Positions 37,115 to 45,260 of a stretch of 45,260 nucleotides of DNA are shown here, piece after piece (the stretch's first letter is position 1; every line of letters starts with the position of its first letter). The notes beneath the pieces are model-generated. The model was not told the origin of the DNA, made no database searches, and saw nothing but the letters and a program-made list of their open reading frames with translations. This stretch comes from an uncultured Rickettsiales bacterium. GTDB lineage: Bacteria; Pseudomonadota; Alphaproteobacteria; Rickettsiales; SXRF01. The stretch lies in contig CAZGVV010000008.1 of the NCBI GenBank assembly GCA_964529155.1, forward strand, positions 1 to 45,260. The letters are read 5' to 3'. Position numbers and translations under genes: made by a program.

Positions 37115-39226
37115 CTAGATAATAATAATTCTGAACTTTATATTGCGACAGAACTTTTGGAATATAAGTCCGGCATTTGTGCCTACAAATGCATTACGTA
37201 TCAAATCTCGGTTAGCACCAGCACTTAGTGTCCAGTATTTACCCAGTTTCACCCAGGTACCACCTGTAATATTTTCTTCATTACCTAGCACCGGATCATT
37301 ATTCAAATCCAGATAATTCACACTAAATCCCAAACGCTCCCAACTAAGGCTCGCATTCAACTCGCTTCGGTTAGGGGTAAGCGTATCCTTATCCAAACGA
37401 AACCGATAAGACAGATCTATAGGCAAATAGCTTATTCCCAACATGCCAACATAATCGGAGAAATGGCTTTTTAAATCGTTTGATACAGGGAAAAGTGGAT
37501 CATTATCGATCCGATATGACTGGCCTAACAAACCTCTAATTGCCGTATTTTTTTCTAAGAACCGTTGGCTTCGCATCCCATATTTCATGCGCGGACCACT
37601 CTCCACGCGATCATAGCCTGCGAAGCGATTAGCGGAGAACAAATTCACATCGGTAAATTCAGGAATACGGCTGTCTTCGTTTGGAATACGCGAAGAATTG
37701 CCACTTCCCGGGCTGGCAATGGCTTGCACGACAGGCTCTAGGGTCAGGTTGCTATGGGCATAGCGGCTAATTAATGGGTAACGCCATTCAAGCATCGTTT
37801 GCGGCACTAAACGTCCGGCGTTGCCATCAAAGCTTTTTCCATTCGGCAATGCCTGCTGACTGACGTCATAGGCATCCCCTCGTAAGCTGGTGCTGAATTC
37901 AAAAATATGCCCATCAGCGGTTAGATAAGGCACACTCCATTTTCCTTGCATCGACAAGCGCCGGCTATCCGCCCCGACATCACGGGTTAGCGCCATGGCA
38001 TCTGCGTTGAGGGAAAAACGGGAATTCCATGCCATTGGCACTGTTTCATAATAGGCATCAAGTAACGGCAATACCAACGGACTGGTATGGGGATCAGCAT
38101 CAATTTGCATCCCTTGAAATGTAAATGCTTGTACGGACGCATAGTTACGGCCTGATTCACCAGCATAATTAAAATCTTCCGCATACAAACGCGATGTCAA
38201 TACAGGGTCATAATTGATGTCATACCGGCGAAGATAGGTGTCATCTGTAGTGCGGCGAATGCGAAAGCCCCAATCCGAATTATCCGTAATAGAGAAATCC
38301 CCATTGCCAAAGAAATGTCCGCGCAAAGAACCACCTTCTTCCGGCACGTTATTTGCACTCTTACTTTGAGGGGCTGTGATGCTGCCGTCCAGCTTCATGG
38401 CACCTTCATTAAAACGCTGGCGGTACTCCCCAAACAATATGGGCGAATCAAGCGCTATAATAACTGGCGTGATAGTCAAATCACGGTCTGGAGCAATCGA
38501 CCAATAAAGTGGTATTCGTATAATACTGCCCAAATTGGAATTACGCTGATAAGTAGGTGTCAGAATACCACTTTTATTATCCGCACCGGGCATAGTCTGC
38601 GAAAAATACGGCGTGTAAAGCACCGGGACACCATAGAAATCCATATAGGCATCACGGTAAACAATACGCTGCTCGCCTTTGTCTATTGTGGCTTTATCAG
38701 CCTGAATTTGCCAGAGCGGTGTTTTAGGCGTTTTTTTATCGTCGCAAACAACAAAGCATGGCGAATAAACAGCACGGTATAATTTAGTGACCAGTTCATT
38801 TTCACGCTTAGCTTTGCTGGCAACCAGCAGCGAATTGTCGGATAAGCGTTCTTTAAATTCCGTTACAACGCCCGTTTTCATGTCGTTGTTGAGTTCCATG
38901 TCATCGGCAAAATATACATTGCCGGATGATTCCATTACGCTGACATGGCCTTCGGCAAATACGGTATTATTGCGTTGATCATAGGTCAAGGTATCCGCAA
39001 GCAAGACAGTTTCGCCCTGAGACACCTCCACATGCCCTTCAGCAATAAGGAAATCATGGTCTTTATCGTATTCCATTTGATCGGCCGTCAGCAGTACTGG
39101 CTCACCAGAGGATACTGCCTTCGAGGAAGGCCCCGACATTTTTGCCGCCGCAGGCATACTGTGGCTTCCCCAACCCAGGATGCCCAACAAAAAAACTATT
39201 CTATATAAAACAACAGCTTTATTCAT
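37115..39226 (-). CDS. lptD: LPS-assembly protein LptD (3' end apparently disrupted; the ORF terminates in a non-homologous tail)
   Basis: Signal peptide from ATG 39226 (MNKAVVLYRIVFLLGILGWGSHSMPAAA). OstA-like N-domain (LLTADQMEYDKDHDFLIAEGHVEV, GNVYFADDMEL) and a large beta-barrel region. The ORF-track TTG start is at 39262. The tail FQKFCRNIKFRIIII* is atypical. Confidence 0.85.
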   Translation of the reverse strand: MNKAVVLYRIVFLLGILGWGSHSMPAAAKMSGPSSKAVSSGEPVLLTADQMEYDKDHDFLIAEGHVEVSQGETVLLADTLTYDQRNNTVFAEGHVSVMESSGNVYFADDMELNNDMKTGVVTEFKERLSDNSLLVASKAKRENELVTKLYRAVYSPCFVVCDDKKTPKTPLWQIQADKATIDKGEQRIVYRDAYMDFYGVPVLYTPYFSQTMPGADNKSGILTPTYQRNSNLGSIIRIPLYWSIAPDRDLTITPVIIALDSPILFGEYRQRFNEGAMKLDGSITAPQSKSANNVPEEGGSLRGHFFGNGDFSITDNSDWGFRIRRTTDDTYLRRYDINYDPVLTSRLYAEDFNYAGESGRNYASVQAFTFQGMQIDADPHTSPLVLPLLDAYYETVPMAWNSRFSLNADAMALTRDVGADSRRLSMQGKWSVPYLTADGHIFEFSTSLRGDAYDVSQQALPNGKSFDGNAGRLVPQTMLEWRYPLISRYAHSNLTLEPVVQAIASPGSGNSSRIPNEDSRIPEFTDVNLFSANRFAGYDRVESGPRMKYGMRSQRFLEKNTAIRGLLGQSYRIDNDPLFPVSNDLKSHFSDYVGMLGISYLPIDLSYRFRLDKDTLTPNRSELNASLSWERLGFSVNYLDLNNDPVLGNEENITGGTWVKLGKYWTLSAGANRDLIRNAFVGTNAGLIFQKFCRNIKFRIIII

Positions 39227-39307
39227 TTTTGCGATACTTACTTTACACAAGGCATACGCCAACTTATCTTTCTTAAAACAGTTGCTATTTAAAGGCTAGG
39301 AATTGAT

Positions 39308-39336
39308 TTGACTTCCTGTTAACGAAATATTAATAT
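39308..39336 (+). promoter_or_regulatory. candidate sigma70-type promoter of the 39365-40015 orphan gene (TTGACT-N17-TAATAT)
   Basis: TTGACT at 39308-39313, a 17-nt spacer, then TAATAT at 39331-39336. The implied transcription start lies downstream of the ORF-track TTG at 39338, which favours ATG 39359 or 39365. Confidence 0.45.
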
Positions 39337-39364
39337 ATTGTTAATTTTAATCAGTGGGATGTAT

Positions 39365-40015
39365 ATGTCTATCGCTACTAATCATTTAGCTTCTGATAAT
39401 TCAAATACGATTACGCCTCCTAGTTCTGTGTTACATGGTAGCGGAACGGGTGATGAAACCCCGGCATTACAACCTATGAAGCTTGCATTCCGGCTTGCCG
39501 GTGTCCAAGAGGATAAGATAAATCACGGTAGGTTTACTGTAGAAGATTTGGTGGCTGCAGCACCATTGCTTGATCCTCTAGTAGCTATCCGCAATGCAGT
39601 TAAGGCTAAGGTAAAAGCAGCTGTTGGTGTAAAACCTGCCGTTAAAGGAAAAGAAAATTTTGTACAAATTGAATTTCCGTTTCCTTATGCTAAACGTGCT
39701 TTAGTTCCTCTTGAAGAGCGTGATAAATACCCCCTTACCGAGCAAGAAAAAACCAATGATGCCATTGCACGTGAAATAAAAAACTTATTAGAAAATGCGA
39801 AAGAAGATAATGATAACATTAAGGTTTCAAATTGCACCTCAACTGATAAGAAAGGCAATAAATATATGGCCTTTAAAATTTCAGCTGGTGACGTACTAAA
39901 ATTAGATGTTGAGAAATTAAATAGCTATGCTTTAGCACAAGAAAAACCCGGCTCAAAAATTACAGAACACTCTTCTTTGCCTTTCAGCTTGCCTCACAAC
40001 CATGTACTGGCTTAA
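39365..40015 (+). CDS. hypothetical protein (AT-rich orphan, about 216 aa, Lys/Ala/Val-rich central segment), no family recognised
   Basis: Open frame with purine-rich codon first positions, its own promoter-like and terminator-like signals, and GGGA 7 nt before ATG 39365. Alternative starts are at 39359 and 39338. Confidence 0.55.
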   Translation: MSIATNHLASDNSNTITPPSSVLHGSGTGDETPALQPMKLAFRLAGVQEDKINHGRFTVEDLVAAAPLLDPLVAIRNAVKAKVKAAVGVKPAVKGKENFVQIEFPFPYAKRALVPLEERDKYPLTEQEKTNDAIAREIKNLLENAKEDNDNIKVSNCTSTDKKGNKYMAFKISAGDVLKLDVEKLNSYALAQEKPGSKITEHSSLPFSLPHNHVLA

Positions 40016-40055
40016 GCGTCATTAATGATGGCCTTTTTATAGCCTCTTCCCTGAG

Positions 40056-40085
40056 AAGATCGGGCAATTAATGCCCGATCTTTTT
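40056..40085 (+). terminator. intrinsic terminator-like hairpin plus T-tract downstream of the orphan gene, overlapping the petC 3' end
   Basis: GATCGGGCA-ATTAA-TGCCCGATC (9-bp perfect stem, extendable by AA/TT) followed by TTTTT at 40081-40085. Confidence 0.6.
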
Positions 40086-40841
40086 CCAGATACGCTTTTT
40101 AGCTACATACATCAGCGCGGTAAACACCACTAAGTAAAAGAGCGCTTTCAGACCCATCTGCTTGCGCATTTCCATTTCCGGTTCAGCGGCCCATTGCAGG
40201 AAGTTGACCACATCGCGTGCTTCCTGATCCAACGAGGCTTGCGTTCCATCGGCATATTCCACGCGTCCATCGGACAGTGGGGGTGGCATAGCGATTTGGC
40301 CGCCGGGATAATAATGGTTGTAATATTTTCCTTCGGCCATTTTTACGTCAGCAGGCGCATCCCCGTAGCCCGTAAGCAGCGAATAGACATAATTCGCGCC
40401 ATCATGGCGGGCTTTGACGATGAGGCTTAAATCAGGCGGATAAGCACCGCTGTTGGCTGCACGCGCGGCCTGTTCATTGGCAAAAGGTGCAGGGAAATGG
40501 TCGGAGGGCTTGCCAGGGCGATCAAACATATCGCCTGCGTCGTTCGGACCATCTTTTATGCTATAACTGCTGGCCAGTGCCTTGATTTCAGCTTCACTGA
40601 AACCCAGATCGCCCAGATTGCGCACAGCCACATGCGACAGCGCATGGCAGGAAGAGCACACTTCTTTATAGACCTGAAATCCACGCTGTGCTGCTTGCTT
40701 ATCTACCTTCCCAGTGATGCCTGAAAACGGCCAGGACATATGCTTTGGCGCAAATTCTTCATTAGCCAAAACAGGGTTTGCTAAAGCGCACAACGCAACG
40801 CCAGCCAGTAGCGCGATTTTATGGTAATTACGCATGTGCAT
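40068..40841 (-). CDS. petC: cytochrome c1 (bc1 complex)
   Basis: Signal peptide, heme-binding CSSCH, distal Met region ([10 protein letters not shown]) and C-terminal TM anchor ([19 protein letters not shown]). 257 aa. Confidence 0.92.
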   Translation of the reverse strand: MHMRNYHKIALLAGVALCALANPVLANEEFAPKHMSWPFSGITGKVDKQAAQRGFQVYKEVCSSCHALSHVAVRNLGDLGFSEAEIKALASSYSIKDGPNDAGDMFDRPGKPSDHFPAPFANEQAARAANSGAYPPDLSLIVKARHDGANYVYSLLTGYGDAPADVKMAEGKYYNHYYPGGQIAMPPPLSDGRVEYADGTQASLDQEARDVVNFLQWAAEPEMEMRKQMGLKALFYLVVFTALMYVAKKRIWKKIGH

Positions 40842-42084
40842 GTTCCTCCCCGTGCGAGCCGTTTAACACGGATTTACTGATACTTTCCGGCAAGGGCAGT
40901 GGCTTCTCAATGCCATAGCGTGTAATTGCCCAGAGCAATACATAATGCAGGAAGTAATACGCCGTAGCCAAACGGCCAATGATGATGAAACTGCCTTCCG
41001 GCGGCTTTGCGCCAATATACCCAAGCACAATGCAATCCACCAGAAATACCCAGAACATCCATTTATAGATAGGACGGAATGTTGCGGCACGCACCCGTGA
41101 GCGGTCAATCCATGGAAGGAAGAACAGCACCAGAATGGCCGAGAACATAGCGATTACACCGCCAAGCTTATCCGGAATCGCCCGCAAAATAGCGTAGAAT
41201 GGCAGGAAGTACCATTCTGGCACAATGTGCGCAGGCGTCACCATGGGGTTGGCAGGAATGTAGTTGTCCGGATGACCCAAGGAATTCGGGGCATAAAACA
41301 GGAAAAGTGCGAACAGGATGAAGAATACGCCCAGACCGAAGCAATCCTTTACCGTGTAATAGGGATGGAAAGGAATGGTGTCTTGCGGCCCCTTCACATC
41401 AATGCCGGTTGGATTATTGGAACCATGCTGATGCAGCGCGATCAGGTGCAGGGCGACAATGGCAACCAGCACGAACGGCAGCAAATAATGCAAGGCAAAA
41501 AAGCGGTTGAGCGTCGGGTTGTCTACGGCGAAACCACCCCACAGCCAATGCACAATCCCCTCGCCCACTAATGGGACAGCGGAGAACAGGTTGGTAATTA
41601 CGGTTGCACCCCAGAAACTCATTTGGCCCCATGGCAGTACGTAACCCATAAATGCAGTCGCCATCATGAGCAATAAGATGATGATGCCAAGCCACCACAA
41701 TACTTCGCGCGGTGATTTGTAGGAACCGTAATATAATGTGCGGAAGATATGGATATAGGTCACCACAAAGAACATCGAAGCACCGATGGCATGGGTATAA
41801 CGAATTAGCCAACCATAATTCACATCACGCATGATGCGCTCAACGCTGTCAAATGCCAGATTCACGTTAGGCACGTAATGCATGGCAAGAAACAAACCGG
41901 TGAGGATCTGGATCAGCAGGCAGATGCCGGCGATAGAACCGAAATTCCACCAATAGTTTAAATTGCGCGGCGTCTGGTATTCCACCAGCGCATGCTTGGC
42001 AAAGGAGAATACCGGCAGACGGTAATCCAGCCAGCCAATGACGCCACCCGTTGCTTTAGAAGAAGAATTATCACCGTATTGCAT
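40828..42084 (-). CDS. petB: cytochrome b (bc1 complex)
   Basis: [29 protein letters not shown] and [13 protein letters not shown]. 418 aa. Overlaps the petC start by 14 nt. Confidence 0.95.
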   Translation of the reverse strand: MQYGDNSSSKATGGVIGWLDYRLPVFSFAKHALVEYQTPRNLNYWWNFGSIAGICLLIQILTGLFLAMHYVPNVNLAFDSVERIMRDVNYGWLIRYTHAIGASMFFVVTYIHIFRTLYYGSYKSPREVLWWLGIIILLLMMATAFMGYVLPWGQMSFWGATVITNLFSAVPLVGEGIVHWLWGGFAVDNPTLNRFFALHYLLPFVLVAIVALHLIALHQHGSNNPTGIDVKGPQDTIPFHPYYTVKDCFGLGVFFILFALFLFYAPNSLGHPDNYIPANPMVTPAHIVPEWYFLPFYAILRAIPDKLGGVIAMFSAILVLFFLPWIDRSRVRAATFRPIYKWMFWVFLVDCIVLGYIGAKPPEGSFIIIGRLATAYYFLHYVLLWAITRYGIEKPLPLPESISKSVLNGSHGEEHAHA

Positions 42085-42086
42085 GG

Positions 42087-42647
42087 TTATCCAATCTTGA
42101 TTTTGGTATCAGACAAAAACGTATATTGCGGCACGACTAAGTTTTGTGGAGCCGGACCGCCACGAATGCGGCCAGCGGTGTCATATTGCGAGCCGTGGCA
42201 CGGGCAAAACCAGCCACCACCATCCGTGCCACCGAAATCGCCAGCGCCAGAGATAGGAATGCAGCCCAGATGCGTGCACACACCCACCATCACGAGCCAT
42301 TGCTCTTTGCCTTTTTGCACACGCGCTTCGTCTGCCTCTGGATCGCGCAGCGATTTCACGTCTACTTTGCGGGCGAGCTCAATGTCTTCGGGGGTACGGT
42401 GCCGAATAAACACTGGCACACCACGCCATTTTACTTTGATGGTCTGGCCTGGTTGCACGGCGGACAAATCTACTTCCACAGATGACAAGGCCAGCGTATC
42501 CGCTGCCGGGTTCATGCTATCTACAAAAGGCCAGGCAGTGAGTGCCGCACCCAAAGCGCCGACGGCTCCGCCGGCTAATACCAAAAAGTCGCGGCGCGTA
42601 GAGCCATCATCATGCTTGTTAGCGGCGGGGGAATGAAAATCGGTCAT
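42087..42647 (-). CDS. petA: ubiquinol-cytochrome c reductase Rieske iron-sulfur subunit
   Basis: Tat-type signal (TRRDFLV). Rieske boxes CTHLGC and CPCHGS. 186 aa. The stop lies 2 nt before the petB start. Confidence 0.95.
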   Translation of the reverse strand: MTDFHSPAANKHDDGSTRRDFLVLAGGAVGALGAALTAWPFVDSMNPAADTLALSSVEVDLSAVQPGQTIKVKWRGVPVFIRHRTPEDIELARKVDVKSLRDPEADEARVQKGKEQWLVMVGVCTHLGCIPISGAGDFGGTDGGGWFCPCHGSQYDTAGRIRGGPAPQNLVVPQYTFLSDTKIKIG

Positions 42648-42741
42648 GTAAAATCCAGCTGCGGTGAAGAACTCACTCGCATGTATAACAAACGTTTCTC
42701 GGTTTGCAAGAAGGGTTTTTACAACACCGCTATTATGTGTA

Positions 42742-43101
42742 TTAACCCCAATGAAATCCGCCGCTGCGACGCGCCACTTCTTTTACTACGGCAACAAACC
42801 AGGCGATCATATGGTCGCCTGTCGATTGCAAAACTTTTTCCATTTTTTCGGCATAGTCCACGCATTGCGGCACTTTACTTAAATCAAATAAGCAAACAGA
42901 AAAACCAGCGGCGAAGGCAAAAAAAGTCAGGCCCGTCAATCCGTAAAATACCCGGAAAGGGTCAATTGGGGGACGAAAATTAAATCCGCCTGGATCAGTA
43001 GGTCCAAATGGCACGTATGCCTCCATTGCATAATTCATTAAAGTTTGCCAGAAATACCCACCCGAATAAACTGGTTTCTGCTTTTTTGCGTTAAATTTCA
43101 T
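42742..43101 (-). CDS. hypothetical small membrane protein (one clear TM: [22 protein letters not shown]), no family recognised
   Basis: Longest ORF in the otherwise 490-nt petA-hemF spacer. The opposite-strand ORFs translate to Arg/Lys-rich junk. Coding status is unproven. Confidence 0.35.
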   Translation of the reverse strand: MKFNAKKQKPVYSGGYFWQTLMNYAMEAYVPFGPTDPGGFNFRPPIDPFRVFYGLTGLTFFAFAAGFSVCLFDLSKVPQCVDYAEKMEKVLQSTGDHMIAWFVAVVKEVARRSGGFHWG

Positions 43102-43145
43102 GAAACCGTAACATCTTTTCTTTTTTAGGCATATAATTGAGCATT

Positions 43146-44006
43146 ATGGAAAATATTGAGCAACGCAAGCAGCACGCCAGCACGTGGTTTCGCACCTTAA
43201 GAGACCACATTTGCGCTTCTTTTGAAGCCTTGGAAACTGAAGCAACTTTATTAACCGATATGGCCGCGGGCCAGTTTGTCCGCACTGCCTGGCAGCGTGA
43301 CGGCGGCGGTGGCGGCGAGATGTCGGTTATGAAGGGCCGGGTATTTGAGAAGGTGGGAGTTAACATTTCCACTGTGCACGGCGAGTTTTCCGAAGCATTT
43401 CGTAAGGAAATCCCCGGAGCTGAAGCAGATCCACACTTCTGGGCCAGCGGTATCTCCTTAGTAGCCCATATGCGCTCACCCTTAGTACCAGCCGTGCATA
43501 TGAATACCCGGATGGTGGTGGTAGGCGGGCAAGCTGGAGAGCCTACCGTATGGTTTGGCGGCGGCAGCGATATCAATGCATCACACCCGTTTGATCAGGA
43601 TATCGCGGATTTTCATGCGGCATTTGCAGCAGCATGCGACCATTTTGATCCAGGGTATTATCCTAAATTCAAACAATGGTGTGATGATTACTTTTATATC
43701 AAGCACCGCCATGAGCCACGCGGGCAAGGCGGCATTTTTTATGATTATTTAAAAGAAAACTGGAAGCAGGAATTTGCCTTTACCCAAGCCGTTGGCAACG
43801 CTTTCGCTACTATTTACCCTAACCTGGTTCGCAAGCATATGCACACGCACTGGACACAAGAACAACGCCATACGCAGCTTGTTAAGCGGGGACGCTATGC
43901 CGAATTCAATTTACTGTATGATCGCGGCACGCGTTTTGGGCTTATGACTGGCGGAAATGTAGATGCTATTCTTATGAGCCTTCCCCCGGAAGCGATCTGG
44001 GAATAA
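43146..44006 (+). CDS. hemF: oxygen-dependent coproporphyrinogen III oxidase
   Basis: WQRDGGGGGEMSVMKGRVFEKVGVNISTVHGEF, MRSPLVPAVHMNTR, HRHEPRGQGGIFYDYL and NLLYDRGTRFGL motifs. ATG 43146 is preferred over the ORF-track TTG 43137. Confidence 0.92.
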   Translation: MENIEQRKQHASTWFRTLRDHICASFEALETEATLLTDMAAGQFVRTAWQRDGGGGGEMSVMKGRVFEKVGVNISTVHGEFSEAFRKEIPGAEADPHFWASGISLVAHMRSPLVPAVHMNTRMVVVGGQAGEPTVWFGGGSDINASHPFDQDIADFHAAFAAACDHFDPGYYPKFKQWCDDYFYIKHRHEPRGQGGIFYDYLKENWKQEFAFTQAVGNAFATIYPNLVRKHMHTHWTQEQRHTQLVKRGRYAEFNLLYDRGTRFGLMTGGNVDAILMSLPPEAIWE

Positions 44007-44025
44007 AACAACGGAAAGCCAGCGA

Positions 44026-45260
44026 TTAAACCAGCTTCCCGTGACAATGCTTATATTTTCGCCCAGACCCGCAAGGGCATACATCATTCCGCCCGATTTT
44101 ATGATTAATCGTCGGTGACTGAACATTCGATTGCGCTTGAAAACCCGTATCCTGCCCATCTTCGCTCATACCGACAATAGCGGGGTCCTGACGTGTTTCC
44201 ACCATGCGCTGCGGCATAACGGCTTTTTCCCAGCCTGGCGGCGGCTCCATGGTGATTTCCAGATGCGACGTACGCTGCGTTACCTGCTCACGCAGCTCAT
44301 GAAGCATCTGCTCAAATAGCGAAAAGGCTTCCTGCTTGTATTCATTTAATGGATCGCGCTGGCCGTAAGCACGTAAATTAATACCGTGACGCAAATGGTC
44401 CAGCGTATGCAGATGGTCTTTCCACAAATAATCCAGTGTCTGCAGCAAAATGCGCTTTTCAGCGATACGCAGCAACTCACCGTATTGATCGAATTTGGTA
44501 GCAATTAATTCATCGGTACTTTTGCGGACGCGGGCGACGATTTCTTCATCGGCGATGCCTTCTTCCTTAGCCCAGCCGACAATGGGCAAATGCAGGCCGA
44601 ATATGCGAAACACATCCTGCGCCAGCTCCTCCGTTTCCCATTCATGGGCATAGGCTTTAGGCGGCAGACGGAGCGATACCATTTCCTCAATCACTTCATC
44701 GCGCATACCTGAAACGGTTTCGCTTACATCGGTCGCTTCCATTAATTCAATCCGCTGCTCATAAATGACTTTACGTTGATCGTTCATCACGTCGTCATAT
44801 TTCAGCAGGTTTTTACGTATGTCATAGTTGCGGGATTCCACTTTGGTTTGAGCGCGTTGCATGGCACGCGTCATCCAGGGATGCAATAACGGCTCCCCTT
44901 CCTTGAAACCCTTGCTCATCATGCGCGACATCATTTCAGCGGCTTCGCCGAAAATACGCATTAGATCATCTTCCAATGAGATGAAAAATTTAGAAGCCCC
45001 GGGATCACCTTGGCGGCCTGAACGCCCACGCAGCTGGTTATCGATACGCCGCGATTCGTGTCGTTCCGTGCCGATCACATAAAGACCGCCAGCCTCAATT
45101 ACTTCCTGTTTGCCACGTGCCACTTCATTGCGAACCGTGGCCGCATAATCCGGGTCTGGCGTATCGCCCAGGTGGTGCTGAATCAGCATTTCGGCATTAC
45201 CACCGAGCTTAATATCCGTACCACGACCGGCCATGTTGGTGGCAATAGTTACTGCGCCGG
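44026..45260 (-). CDS. secA: preprotein translocase ATPase SecA, C-terminal part (5'-partial, continues beyond the window)
   Basis: The frame stays open to the window edge (GAVTIATNMAGRGTDIKLGG). Helical scaffold/wing regions are present. C-terminal zinc-binding tail CPCGSGRKYKHCHG. Confidence 0.95.
   Translation of the reverse strand, partial: GAVTIATNMAGRGTDIKLGGNAEMLIQHHLGDTPDPDYAATVRNEVARGKQEVIEAGGLYVIGTERHESRRIDNQLRGRSGRQGDPGASKFFISLEDDLMRIFGEAAEMMSRMMSKGFKEGEPLLHPWMTRAMQRAQTKVESRNYDIRKNLLKYDDVMNDQRKVIYEQRIELMEATDVSETVSGMRDEVIEEMVSLRLPPKAYAHEWETEELAQDVFRIFGLHLPIVGWAKEEGIADEEIVARVRKSTDELIATKFDQYGELLRIAEKRILLQTLDYLWKDHLHTLDHLRHGINLRAYGQRDPLNEYKQEAFSLFEQMLHELREQVTQRTSHLEITMEPPPGWEKAVMPQRMVETRQDPAIVGMSEDGQDTGFQAQSNVQSPTINHKIGRNDVCPCGSGRKYKHCHGKLV

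Noticed and set aside
41992-42636. 214-aa plus-strand ORF
   Set aside because: It is antisense to petA and the petB start, both with textbook motifs. The product is Pro/Ser/Arg-rich and low-complexity.

Overview
This window reads as a compact core-chromosome segment of an alphaproteobacterium-like genome. I support about 40 protein-coding genes. I saw no rRNA, tRNA, CRISPR array, transposase or integrase.

Gene content:
- TCA genes in two blocks: mdh-sucC-sucD at 2.9-6.9 kb and sucA-sucB-lpdA at 22.5-28.1 kb.
- Respiratory genes: petABC (cytochrome bc1), a Cbp3-like chaperone and an SCO1-like protein.
- Housekeeping genes: rho 3' end, ettA, queH, hemW, gshB, cysQ, a giant NAD-glutamate dehydrogenase, purH, a CapD-like dehydratase, rpoH, gmk, rsmA, phoB, lptD, hemF and the secA 3' part.
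- An lpoA-like / rsmI / yraN / BON-lipoprotein cluster.

Genes are tightly packed. Several convergent gene ends abut or overlap, and divergent starts are separated by 16-18 nt or overlap.

Items that core annotation does not explain:
1. A 1162-aa, strongly diverged and expanded PEP-carboxylase-like gene (33384-36872) sits between lptD and phoB-rsmA, where surA-pdxA normally lie. It contains long AT-rich stretches.
2. The lptD 3' end is interrupted. A 77-nt segment throws the canonical C-terminal beta-strands out of frame downstream of the apparent stop.
3. A degraded four-helix-bundle gene (23S-rRNA intervening-sequence protein family) is wedged between sucC and sucD and bracketed by GC-rich inverted repeats.
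4. There are AT-rich orphan ORFs at 6915-7289 and 39365-40015, plus a Ser/Ala/Pro-rich ORF at 29733-30407.
5. An in-frame TAA replaces a conserved Glu codon of rho at the window edge.
6. A cluster of palindromes lies in the sucA leader.

All homology statements come from reading the translations and from remembered family motifs. No database search was run.
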